This document shows positions 8,372-17,575 of a DNA stretch of 32,000 bases, piece by piece. This DNA comes from Promethearchaeum syntrophicum. Lineage in GTDB: Archaea > Asgardarchaeota > Lokiarchaeia > Sigyniarchaeales > Promethearchaeaceae. Every line of letters begins with the position of its first letter. Position 1 is the stretch's first letter. The notes under the pieces are model-generated. The model was given only the letters and a program-made list of their open reading frames with translations. It had not been told where the DNA came from and did no database searches. Both the position numbers and the translations under genes were made by a program. The DNA lies in the NCBI RefSeq assembly GCF_008000775.2, contig NZ_CP042905.2, forward strand, positions 2,400,001-2,432,000, given 5' to 3'.

Positions 8372-9142
8372 TTATTCTTTTTTCTCTGCAACAACTTCGG
8401 ACGGCTCTGAATCTTCAGGGCTGCCTTTTTCTTTTTTCTTCTTCAATTTCTTAGCTTTAATCGATTTACCATGTTCTCCTAAATCTAAAGAAACTTCATC
8501 AAAAACTAAATCTTCGGTAATAAAATCATCTTTAATGTTTTCTGGAACGTTAATTACTTTCACTTTACGGATTTTGCACTCTCTAAGTGGATAAATCGTT
8601 TTTGCAATTTTGGTAATGTTTGATGCAAATCTTCCACTAATGACACCTTGGATAAACTTCTCATGTGTCATGTTCTTTGCAAATTCAGTTAATACTTGAA
8701 AAATGATCTTTCTCATTGACTTCTGTTGAGATCGTTTAGCTCGTCGGCGAGTTACTAAGAAGGTACTAACACGATAAGTAACATTATCTGCAGTGGTAAA
8801 ATTGAAAATTCCGTCTACACGAGTAGCGCCTCTATGAATCAAAGACCGAATATAGTCTCTGGTTAATTCATGACCCCAGAAAATTGTATTACATCTTTTA
8901 CCAATGATTTTGGTTATCTTAAATTGAAGCATAATGCTTGCGTCATTATAACTTTTAGTGAAATCATAAAGTGAGATGGACATTATTCTTCCGACTAAAT
9001 TGTCTGGATTGCCCGATGGAATTTGTGCAATAAATTCTTCCTTAAATGTTTTTGGAGCGTATACATCATACCATTCTTTCATTTTCCATGAATCTATGGT
9101 CTTACCTCTTCCACGAGTTTTGCGTTTTGCTTTTTGTGACAT
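8372..9142 (-). CDS. rps3ae: 30S ribosomal protein eS1 (S3Ae)
   Basis: KAKRKTRGRGKTIDSWKMKEWYDVYAPKTF... and full-length similarity in pattern to archaeal/eukaryotic S3Ae. Confidence 0.95.
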   Translation of the reverse strand: MSQKAKRKTRGRGKTIDSWKMKEWYDVYAPKTFKEEFIAQIPSGNPDNLVGRIMSISLYDFTKSYNDASIMLQFKITKIIGKRCNTIFWGHELTRDYIRSLIHRGATRVDGIFNFTTADNVTYRVSTFLVTRRRAKRSQQKSMRKIIFQVLTEFAKNMTHEKFIQGVISGRFASNITKIAKTIYPLRECKIRKVKVINVPENIKDDFITEDLVFDEVSLDLGEHGKSIKAKKLKKKKEKGSPEDSEPSEVVAEKKE

Positions 9143-9154
9143 TTTGTTTCACCG

Positions 9155-9619
9155 TTATCGTAAGAAAATCTTAATTTTCTCTGGGTCATATTTGAAATCT
9201 GGTTCAAGAACGCCCTTCTTTCTATAGTATTTAACCAATCTTCTTATTTTTGCTTCTACCCTTCCTAATCCCTTCTTTGCTTCTAAATCTTTCTTATTTT
9301 CTTCCAAATGTCTTCTAACCTTAACCGCTTGGCGACTTAGGAAAGTTATATCTTCCGGGAGTTTCGGTGATAAATCATTTTCTTTTAGTATGGTAGAGAT
9401 AGTTTTGCCAGTAATAATTTTTACGAGCGGTGTACCAAACCCATCACGGAGTTGGAGCCCGATACTTGACATAGACTCACCTTTTTTGGCGAGTTCTATA
9501 ACTTTGGCCTCTACCTCTTCACTCGTATGTGGGTACCAGGGAAGGATTTCAAGTTTTGCCGGACGCTTTGATCCGGACTTACCTTTTTTTCTGCTATGCA
9601 TTCTGGCCATTTTATTCAC
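9155..9619 (-). CDS. rps15: 30S ribosomal protein uS15 (S13e in eukaryotes)
   Basis: MARMHSRKKGKSGSKRP... and LPEDITFLSRQAVKVRRHLEENKKDLEAKKGLGRVEAKIRRLVKYYRKKG. The real start is probably one of the internal Mets (MARMHS). Confidence 0.96.
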   Translation of the reverse strand: MNKMARMHSRKKGKSGSKRPAKLEILPWYPHTSEEVEAKVIELAKKGESMSSIGLQLRDGFGTPLVKIITGKTISTILKENDLSPKLPEDITFLSRQAVKVRRHLEENKKDLEAKKGLGRVEAKIRRLVKYYRKKGVLEPDFKYDPEKIKIFLR

Positions 9620-9826
9620 TTTTATATTTAATTATAATGGAATGTCTAACAAAAAGAGAAATACAGCAAAAATAATAAAATTTTCGATTTAAGCGATTTA
9701 AAGTGAAAAATTTGATATTAAATAAAGAAAAAGATGGGTAATTTCAACCTTCTTGGATGTATTATAGAAAAATCAGAAAATAAAGGTAATATTTTTAATC
9801 TCATTTTTTATTATAAGTTATAAGGT

Positions 9827-10069
9827 ATGGCTATAATATCGATTGAAAAAGAAATTCTGGAAAATCTTGTTTCGTTTAAACTGAAACGTATTCAAACAAT
9901 TATTCAAGAAATTTTAAATAGATGGAATGAAAATTCGACAACAACTTTTATTGAAAAAGCGAGAAATGGAACTTATGAAAATGCTGAGAATGATGCAATT
10001 GAATTAAGGCAACTTCTTCTTGAAGAGAAAAATCTAAATGAACTTATTAAAAAATATACTTCAGAATAA
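9827..10069 (+). CDS. Small helical protein, candidate antitoxin partner of the adjacent TumE-like ORF
   Basis: 80 aa, helical and charged (KLKRIQTIIQEILNRW...ENAENDAIELRQLLLEEKNLNELIKK), located 17 nt upstream of the TumE-like gene in the same orientation. Confidence 0.5.
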   Translation: MAIISIEKEILENLVSFKLKRIQTIIQEILNRWNENSTTTFIEKARNGTYENAENDAIELRQLLLEEKNLNELIKKYTSE

Positions 10070-10086
10070 TGGAGATTTTATAAAAA

Positions 10087-10443
10087 ATGGACGCTCTTCA
10101 GAAATTATATGTTGCACGGAGCGTTCTACTTTCAATTTTTTCCGATAAAATCTTGGAAATTTTCCTTTCTAAGGAACACTTTACTTTAAAGTTAGTTTTT
10201 ACTCATAATGAACGATTGTATATTAGATATAATGATTATAATGAATATTCCTATCAATTTTATTTTTCATCACAATTGGATGATTTCATTCGTTTTGATA
10301 ATTTTGACGATAGGTGGCCAATTTCTTCCCGTCCTCACCATTAACATACAAAAAGCAAAGATGTTATTGAAAGCATAATGAATGGAGATCCGAACCACGA
10401 TATTCCTTTATTGTCTCAAAAAGTTTTACAATTTCTTCACTAA
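10087..10443 (+). pseudogene. TumE/DUF6516-family toxin-like gene interrupted by an in-frame TAA (10342-10344)
   Basis: Frame reads ...RLYIRYNDYNEYSYQFYFSSQLDDFIRFDNFDDRWPISSRPHH*HTKSKDVIESIMNGDPNHDIPLLSQKVLQFLH*. The in-frame sequence after the TAA continues the family-like C-terminus. Confidence 0.6.
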
Positions 10444-10536
10444 TTTTGATAAAAAAAATTTTATAATCAGGTAAAATGGTTAAACATTCAGCAATATATT
10501 GGTGAACAGAGGAGTATTTAAGCAAAAAAAAGATTG

Positions 10537-12342
10537 CTATAATTGACAATCTTCATCATCAGGGTCTAGTAATTGGTTCAAAATATTTGGGCCATCTCTG
10601 AGACCCCAAGGATCGGTAGAATATAGTAGGGGTAAAACTGGTGTGCCATCACTCCACAAACCCATACCGATCATATTTTCTCCACCACCTTGAAAGTAGG
10701 TTTTAGCATCATTCGCAACCACGGTTCCACTATTAGCATCCGCTACTAGAAAACTAGCCATGGCATCGATTCGTCGGTGATATCCGAATACCGAAAGCGT
10801 ATCAATTAAAGGATCATTTGGAAGGTAATGGGTTGCGACTAATCGGGGAAATCCGTATCGATCAGATCGAATCAAGAGGAAGGCGACCTGATCGGGATTC
10901 AGTTCGATTGAATTATCACGAGTAAAGAATCTTTCATGTTGGGCCATCCCATCGCAAGGGCTTAAAACTGTATCATCCTCATAACCTATAACATTCACCA
11001 TCGTATAATTAGGCAATATCGAGAGGTTTACATTGACAGAAGGCCATGTGGCACTAGTAGTTGGAGCTTCTAAATCAAAAATAAGCTGTTGTGAAGCCCA
11101 TCCTTCTGAAATAACTTGAGATCCGATAAAAAGAGTCATTCCTCCACCAACACTATGTCCTATAATTAAAATACGGCTAGTGTCTATCGTATAATCCGTT
11201 CCTAGCGTTTCATTAAGCTCGGACGAGGAGATAAGACTATTATTTCCTATGAGAGTATTTACTGCAGAAAACATCCCCGTCCAAGTCATATTATACTTAA
11301 TATAACTCGAAAAAGAATATGCTTCTGTATCATTTTCAACTTCAACTTTTTCTAGAATTTTAGTATAATTAAAACTCCGTGAGTATTGTACAAAAATAAC
11401 TGCCATTCCACGGGAAGCAAGAGCACGTAAGGAATAATCATATTCAACTACATCCTGTCCGCTATTTCCATGGCAATATAGTGCAATTGGGATATTTTGG
11501 GTAGAAGAAAGGGTTGCTACACTTAAGCGGGGAAGATAATAGTATATATACCATGAATTATTTTCATTGCGAGGGGTCACGAATGCAGTGATATTTTCAG
11601 GTAGATCATTTTCTACTTGAAATGTGTCTACCTCAAATGGACGATCTTGGCTACCATAACCAGAAGAAGGTTGAAGTTCAGAAGTTGGCGATAGCCCCAT
11701 TAAGGGAATCAAACTAGGAAAGATGATGATAAACCCGAGTATTACCCATACGAGATTTTTAGCCATTTTGATATAGTTTAGAGTAGGTTTATAGATGGTT
11801 AATTTAAGGGTTTCAGTTTTTTTTAATATTCTTTTAAAAAGAGGATACAGAATTATTTGAACTGTATGAAAATCGCTAAACGAAATCAAGCTTGTGCCAA
11901 TTATTATCCCGATGGAAAGAATAAAAGGTATTGAAACAAAAGCACCGTGAAAATACAGTTGGTTAATTATCAGGTAAATTATTAGTTCATAAATTAAATA
12001 TCCTATTCCAACTCCCCCCAATATTCGCAAGATATCCCAGGTGTACAATTTTTTTGCTTGTTTCTCCAGAAGATCTTTTTTGAAAATTCGATATTGATAA
12101 AAAATCAATCCAAAAATGACAATGAGGAGTAATAAAAATGTCAACCAGAATACTAACGGTGTATTAACTTGAATAACTCTTGCAAATTCCAGTGAAGAAC
12201 GCGCTTTATTAAATTCTACTCCAGTTCCCGATAGAAAACCAATCAAAAAGGGGACAAGACCTATCAGTAAGCCTAGAAGCTCGGCACTTACTAATAAAAT
12301 TTTAAGGATTTTTGAACGCTTGTATTCGATCATGTAAATCAA
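10537..12342 (-). CDS. Membrane-anchored alpha/beta hydrolase
   Basis: Several N-terminal TM helices, then IPIALYCHGNSGQDVVEYDYSLRALASRGMAVIFVQYSRS and nucleophile elbow ILIIGHSVGGGMTLF. Histidine-containing C-terminus. Confidence 0.8.
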   Translation of the reverse strand: MIYMIEYKRSKILKILLVSAELLGLLIGLVPFLIGFLSGTGVEFNKARSSLEFARVIQVNTPLVFWLTFLLLLIVIFGLIFYQYRIFKKDLLEKQAKKLYTWDILRILGGVGIGYLIYELIIYLIINQLYFHGAFVSIPFILSIGIIIGTSLISFSDFHTVQIILYPLFKRILKKTETLKLTIYKPTLNYIKMAKNLVWVILGFIIIFPSLIPLMGLSPTSELQPSSGYGSQDRPFEVDTFQVENDLPENITAFVTPRNENNSWYIYYYLPRLSVATLSSTQNIPIALYCHGNSGQDVVEYDYSLRALASRGMAVIFVQYSRSFNYTKILEKVEVENDTEAYSFSSYIKYNMTWTGMFSAVNTLIGNNSLISSSELNETLGTDYTIDTSRILIIGHSVGGGMTLFIGSQVISEGWASQQLIFDLEAPTTSATWPSVNVNLSILPNYTMVNVIGYEDDTVLSPCDGMAQHERFFTRDNSIELNPDQVAFLLIRSDRYGFPRLVATHYLPNDPLIDTLSVFGYHRRIDAMASFLVADANSGTVVANDAKTYFQGGGENMIGMGLWSDGTPVLPLLYSTDPWGLRDGPNILNQLLDPDDEDCQL

Positions 12343-12433
12343 TTTACTCTTTGTAGAAGCTCTTAATAAATAATTTCTTTTATAATGATACAGAATTATG
12401 TTAGAATGGACTAAAAAAAGGAGTATTTCTAAT

Positions 12434-13531
12434 CTAATCGGGTAAAATTGTCAAACATTGAGCTAAACAGCGATGAACGCATGCATTACAATTGATACAT
12501 TTTATAGGATCGACCAAATCCACTTTTTTATCTGATTCATTCATTAGGTAAACATTACGGGGGCAAACATCTATACATACACCACATCCAATACAGATTT
12601 CACGGTTTATGGAAATCCTGCCATATGGATTCAGTTTGTATTCTGCAATTATGAAATTCATGGTTTTTTTCCCTTTTTTCCAATTAGCATTTCCCAATTC
12701 ACTTTTATAAATAGGGGTGAGCCCGTGGAGGTCCTCGCTTAATATAAACATAAAAAGTAGCGATAAAACTAAATTCCATATTAAAACAAATAAATCCAAC
12801 CAAATGAAGAAATAAAATAATAAAATTAAACCAATAATAAATACTTCAAATATTATCATCTTTTTACGACCAGATTTCAACTTAAGATATGGAACACTAA
12901 ACAGCGCGCCGTAATTCATGAGAGCACATAAACAAATCATATCTAAATACACAAACCAATCTAGTCTATCTATAAAAATTGCACAAATACCGTAAATAAT
13001 CGTTAATATAATAGTTAGCATAGCAAAATACATGTTTCCCATTTCTAAACGCGCTTTAATTGGAAAAATCACTTCCCTTTGGGATTTAGTTTTTTGTAAA
13101 TTGTTTTTTAAATAATCTGGAATATCTTTTGCGTAAACTGGTCCAAATTTAACATCCCAACCTGTTTTTTTTTTGATTTCTATAGGATCCAATCCACATG
13201 CACTTAACTGTGGAAGTATCAACCTTCGATGCTTTACCTTATTTCCGATATCTGATGTTTTCAAAATTGAAAGTACTGAGCTTGTTAAAAAATCATCTCC
13301 ACAAGCACCACACCAGACATTAATTCCATTGGATGGTGCAATCAAAAGCCAACAATCAGTATTTTTCAATGCTTTCATGACTCGATGCACTGTAATATTA
13401 AAATTTGATGTTAAGAAAACCGGACTATTTTCATCTGGTTGGCCAATTTTTTCTAATTTTGGTTCGACTGGAAAACCCGTCCATCTAAACAAGAACCCAC
13501 CATATAATTTTAAGGTATTTAATAAATTCAT
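12434..13531 (-). CDS. HgcA-HgcB-like fusion: corrinoid-binding (CdhD/HgcA-like) domain, membrane-spanning region and C-terminal 2x[4Fe-4S] ferredoxin domain
   Basis: GQPDENSPVFLTSNFNITVHRVMKAL..., cap-helix-like motif GINVWCGACGDDF, SHRxLILPQLxAxG-like stretch (KHRRLILPQLSACGLDPIEIKKKTGW), FGPVYAKDIP. About 4-5 TM helices. C-terminal CIGCGVCIDVCPRNVY...CINCNACVHRCLAQC. Confidence 0.75.
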   Translation of the reverse strand: MNLLNTLKLYGGFLFRWTGFPVEPKLEKIGQPDENSPVFLTSNFNITVHRVMKALKNTDCWLLIAPSNGINVWCGACGDDFLTSSVLSILKTSDIGNKVKHRRLILPQLSACGLDPIEIKKKTGWDVKFGPVYAKDIPDYLKNNLQKTKSQREVIFPIKARLEMGNMYFAMLTIILTIIYGICAIFIDRLDWFVYLDMICLCALMNYGALFSVPYLKLKSGRKKMIIFEVFIIGLILLFYFFIWLDLFVLIWNLVLSLLFMFILSEDLHGLTPIYKSELGNANWKKGKKTMNFIIAEYKLNPYGRISINREICIGCGVCIDVCPRNVYLMNESDKKVDLVDPIKCINCNACVHRCLAQCLTILPD

Positions 13532-14253
13532 TGTTTTTTCACTCGTATTAAACTTAAAGTCTCTAGCAAATATTTCTTTTCATCAATAATAATGAAATTA
13601 CTTTCTAGAAGGCGATGATTAATATTTTTTAAAGATTTGGTAGAAAGGTTAGTAAAGAGATACGTAAGAAATACTAAAGGCACTCTGATTGTAAAATAAA
13701 GGATTTTTTTCCACCATTTTTCCGGGATAGTTTCATCAACGATAATAAACTGGCCTTCAGCTTTTAAGACGCGATAAATTTGCTTAAAACAATAATCTTG
13801 CTCACTGCGATACATTTCGGATAATGAGAGAATGGCTATAACTTTATCAAAAGATTCATTAAGAAATTTACTATCTATTTCTACTGCAGCTAAGTGCATT
13901 GGATGCACATATTCCTGAACGTTTGCTTCATTTATATGTCGGTTAGCTACCACAAGCATTTTTTCTGATTGATCAATACCAACAACATTTACTTTTTTCA
14001 TACTTGCTGCAAGGACTGCGAAAGTTCCAGTTCCCATTCCGATATCTAAAATTTGGTCTGCAGAAGTGAGATATTTTTCAACAATCCATTTCTTAATCTT
14101 TGGTAATTTTCCTAGAGTTAGTAACTTAATACCCCTATCATATTTTTCTGCTTTTTTCTCCAGAGCTTTCATAAACACATACGACATTTTCTTTAACTCT
14201 TGACTGTGATAATTATTTTTAATGATATAAATTTTAATACGGTTTCGGAGCAA
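13528..14253 (-). CDS. Class I SAM-dependent methyltransferase, translationally coupled to the HgcAB-like fusion gene
   Basis: ILDIGMGTGTFAVLAASMKKVNVVGIDQSEKML (motif I), FDKVIAILSLSEMYRSEQD, YRVLKAEGQFIIVDETIP. Overlaps the next gene by 4 nt. The start may be internal (MSYVFMKALEKK). Confidence 0.85.
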   Translation of the reverse strand: MLRNRIKIYIIKNNYHSQELKKMSYVFMKALEKKAEKYDRGIKLLTLGKLPKIKKWIVEKYLTSADQILDIGMGTGTFAVLAASMKKVNVVGIDQSEKMLVVANRHINEANVQEYVHPMHLAAVEIDSKFLNESFDKVIAILSLSEMYRSEQDYCFKQIYRVLKAEGQFIIVDETIPEKWWKKILYFTIRVPLVFLTYLFTNLSTKSLKNINHRLLESNFIIIDEKKYLLETLSLIRVKKQ

Positions 14254-14273
14254 AAGTTCAAAGAAAAAGAAAT

Positions 14274-14885
14274 ATGAAAAAGGAAAAGAATTTTATAAGT
14301 ACCATGCTTGAAAAAAAGGCTCTTCGATTCGTAACCGGAAATCCTCATAAATATAAGGAGGTTAAAGAGGTTATTCAAAAAAATTTTCCAAATTTTGAAG
14401 TAATTCAATCAAATATTGAATTATTAGAACTCCAAGCAGATTCATTAGAAGAAGTAGCATTATTTAAAGTCAATAGCGTCAAAACTCAAGTAAAAATTCC
14501 TTATTTTATTGAGGATGCGGGATTTTTTGTGGATGATGTATGCAATGGATTTCCAGGAGTTTTTAGTTCTTATGTAATGAAAACTATTGGATATAATGGA
14601 ATATTAAAGATTTTAGGAGATGCAAAAATGCGTAAAGCTCATTTTGAAAGTGTTATTGCCTATATCGATGAAGATGAAAAAGTTTTTTTATTCAAGGGTG
14701 TTAATTATGGAAAAGTATCGATTAAAGCTCATGGGCATTCTGGATTTGGTTTTGATCCTATCTTTATCTCTGATGAAACACCTGGAAAAACATTTGCTGA
14801 GTTAAAATTGGAAGAAAAGAATGATATTTCTCATAGACGACGATCTTTAGATAAATTAATTACGTTTTTAAAAAATTATACATGA
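14274..14885 (+). CDS. XTP/dITP diphosphatase (RdgB/HAM1 family)
   Basis: LRFVTGNPHKYKEVK, YFIEDAGFFVDDVCNGFPGVFSSY, GFGFDPIFI, ISHRRRSLDKL. Confidence 0.93.
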   Translation: MKKEKNFISTMLEKKALRFVTGNPHKYKEVKEVIQKNFPNFEVIQSNIELLELQADSLEEVALFKVNSVKTQVKIPYFIEDAGFFVDDVCNGFPGVFSSYVMKTIGYNGILKILGDAKMRKAHFESVIAYIDEDEKVFLFKGVNYGKVSIKAHGHSGFGFDPIFISDETPGKTFAELKLEEKNDISHRRRSLDKLITFLKNYT

Positions 14886-15254
14886 TAATTTAAAGAGAAA
14901 TAATAAAATATTAAATAAAATTTCCTAAAACATTTAATGTACTTCATTTTTTCACCAAAATTTATAAATTTTTAATTCTTTATATATTATGTAGGTAAAA
15001 ATATCTCTATTATATATTTTCGAAAAAAAATCATCCATATTGGAACTTAGCATTAATAATGATATGTTTCATTCACGGTAACGTGTATTTTATTTATACT
15101 TTTCTAACAATTTTAAATTTAGCAGAATAATGGAGGAAGAAATTGGAGATCTCTCATTTTTACTTTAAATAATATTTCTACAAATATAGCCAAAGATTCA
15201 AATTTAGAAAAATAAGGTCGTTTTTATTAAATTTAAAAAATTTAAGGTGAAATC

Positions 15255-15692
15255 ATGCAAAAAAGTTATTATCGAAATCTAAACCAAGGAAAAAAAGTTA
15301 TTAATGCGGAACATAAATTTACAATTTTACAGTACCAACAAAAAAGAGCAGAGTTGAATGGAATGATTTCAGAAATTTCAGATTTAAATATTGATCAACT
15401 TAAATCAGAAGTAAGAAAAACTATTTTTAGAGTTAATATAGAAAATATTAAAAAATCTATTAATTATCATTTTACTTCAAAAGCTCAAAGAACTTTACCA
15501 ATTTTAATGAAGAATTTTAAGAAAGCATTAAAGTTCGTTCATCATGAAATTAAATTTAAGCCATACTTCCAAACAAACACTGAGATTCAAAAAAAATTCA
15601 TTAATTATATCTCTATTATTCTACAAGAAAGTTTAAATCAAGATCTTTATCTACAAGATATTGAAATAGAACATCATAAATTAAATATTTAA
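15255..15692 (+). CDS. Hypothetical protein
   Basis: 145-aa ORF, charged and helical, no recognised motif. Confidence 0.45.
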   Translation: MQKSYYRNLNQGKKVINAEHKFTILQYQQKRAELNGMISEISDLNIDQLKSEVRKTIFRVNIENIKKSINYHFTSKAQRTLPILMKNFKKALKFVHHEIKFKPYFQTNTEIQKKFINYISIILQESLNQDLYLQDIEIEHHKLNI

Positions 15693-15781
15693 TATTTAAG
15701 TAGGGATATTTAGATTTTATTTGATTTCTTTGTTTGCTTATTTTACATAAACATTTATATTAGATAATTAGATATGTCTAA

Positions 15782-16351
15782 ATGATAATAATGAAATTTC
15801 TCCCAACAATTGATCCTTCTTTAGGAGGTATTTGGATATTTATCCTTCTATATGTAGTTATTTTAGGTTTGATTATGCTATCTGTTCCAAAGAATACCCG
15901 AATTCGATTGTATGATACATCTTCATTTAGTGGAAAACAATTGAAAATTAGCAAAGCACTGAAGATTTTTTTTTTATTTGATTTAATTTTATTAGCCCTC
16001 GTTCCAATACAGTTTGAGAGCTTTGAATTTATTGTTGGACTAGTTTTTATCATTATAGGCTTTACATTTTTCGGTGTTGCAATATACAATTTTGCTCAAA
16101 CTCCTCCCAATACTCCTGTCACTAAGGGAATATATCGCTATTCAAGAAATCCTCAAGTTTTGGGTCTAAGTTTACTCTTCATTGGAATAAATATCATAAG
16201 CAAGTCGATATTATTAATATTAATCTGTTTTTTGGGTATAATTGGTTCACATTTCCGAATATTACTTGAAGAAAAGCAATGTATTCTCCAATATGGGGAA
16301 TCGTATCAACAATATATGAAAAAAATTCCACGATATTTCTTATTCATTTAA
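15782..16351 (+). CDS. Isoprenylcysteine carboxyl methyltransferase / PEMT-like integral membrane methyltransferase
   Basis: Multiple TM helices and the C-terminal block VTKGIYRYSRNPQVLGLSLLFIG...LLEEKQCILQYGESYQQYMKKIPRYF. Confidence 0.85.
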   Translation: MIIMKFLPTIDPSLGGIWIFILLYVVILGLIMLSVPKNTRIRLYDTSSFSGKQLKISKALKIFFLFDLILLALVPIQFESFEFIVGLVFIIIGFTFFGVAIYNFAQTPPNTPVTKGIYRYSRNPQVLGLSLLFIGINIISKSILLILICFLGIIGSHFRILLEEKQCILQYGESYQQYMKKIPRYFLFI

Positions 16352-16370
16352 AATGCGGAAATTTAAAAAA

Positions 16371-17519
16371 TTAATGGATGTGTTCAAATTTTGCTTTGGT
16401 TAGAATTTCAACTTTTCCATTTCGAATCATCACATCGTTTTCTATCCGAAAACCACCTTCTCCAGCAACATATGCTCCTGGTTCGATAGTAAAGACCATC
16501 CCTTCAGTTACTTTAATTTCTCGCCAATATTTCAGGCGAACAGGATCAGAAGGTTTTACACCTAAATATGGAAAATCATGTTCAGAAAGCCCAATTCCAT
16601 GACCTAATGCATAATTCATTGTATAACCTTCCGCTTCTAGTATTTTTTTAGCAGTTTCTGCAATTTTATAAAGTGGAACCCCAATATCAATGGCTTCTAT
16701 TGAAGCTTCATAGGCTTTTTCAGCAGTTTCAATCATTTTTTCTTGTGTTTGAGATAATTCTCCAAAAGCGAATGGTTGGGTAACATCACTGCAATATCCA
16801 TTCATTTTAGCTCCGTAATCGATAATAGATAATCCTTGCTTTGCAAATTTCGCATTGGAAGAATATGGGTGACAGTGAAGTTGATGTCCACGATCAGAAT
16901 TAGCTACTAAAGAAGGAAATGAGTTATCTTCAGCCCCTAATTCACGCATACGTTTCATAACTAGGAAAGAAAGGTCATTTTCTGATTCTTCGGTAGCGTT
17001 GTTAGCAAATTTAATAATATCCTTTAGAACTTCATCACTTAATTTTGTAACCTCAATTAACCTATCCAGTTCAAACGATGATTTAGTTGACCTAATATCG
17101 GAAAATATTTGTTCAAGATGCTTTGGTTCGTTATAAATTTTAGCTTCAGGCATATACTGCTCTATTGATTTCACACTTCGATAGGGAATAATTGGGAGTA
17201 CTCCGATTACTGGTGTTGTTTTTGAAATTTTACTCGAAATGAAATCTTTCAAAGCTAAATAAGATGAACGTTTAAATTTTGTCGCATCAATAACTTCATC
17301 TACTTGAGCATGCTCTTTTGCTAATAGAAGATCCCATGGGATAAGACAATTTTCTCCAGTCGAGGTAAGCGCATATAAGGCATCATTTGGGTGACCAGAG
17401 AGATATTGTAAATTAACATCTCGTGACGTTTCAGAATCGTCAATCAGTAATAAATCGATTTGGTTTTCCTGCAAAAAGGAAAGTAATTGATTAAATTTTT
17501 CATCAGATATAGAGCGCAT
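16371..17519 (-). CDS. M24-family metallopeptidase (Xaa-Pro aminopeptidase-like)
   Basis: LSIIDYGAKMNGYCSDVTQPFAFG, MNYALGHGIGLSEHDFPYLG, EGMVFTIEPGAYVAGEGGFRIEND. Confidence 0.92.
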   Translation of the reverse strand: MRSISDEKFNQLLSFLQENQIDLLLIDDSETSRDVNLQYLSGHPNDALYALTSTGENCLIPWDLLLAKEHAQVDEVIDATKFKRSSYLALKDFISSKISKTTPVIGVLPIIPYRSVKSIEQYMPEAKIYNEPKHLEQIFSDIRSTKSSFELDRLIEVTKLSDEVLKDIIKFANNATEESENDLSFLVMKRMRELGAEDNSFPSLVANSDRGHQLHCHPYSSNAKFAKQGLSIIDYGAKMNGYCSDVTQPFAFGELSQTQEKMIETAEKAYEASIEAIDIGVPLYKIAETAKKILEAEGYTMNYALGHGIGLSEHDFPYLGVKPSDPVRLKYWREIKVTEGMVFTIEPGAYVAGEGGFRIENDVMIRNGKVEILTKAKFEHIH

Positions 17520-17575
17520 GGTACACTTGAATTTTAGAATCTATAAATAAATTTTGAAAAAAAAAACTCGTGAGC

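Noticed and set aside
10364-10549. 61-aa minus-strand ORF with CLTILPD, matching the last residues (CLTILPD) of the 13531..12434 protein
   Set aside because: It is antisense to the readthrough C-terminus of the TumE-like gene. The CLTILPD match is short and the surrounding DNA does not align well, so it is treated as coincidence.
13173-13589. 138-aa + strand ORF
   Set aside because: Antisense to the well-supported HgcAB-like gene.
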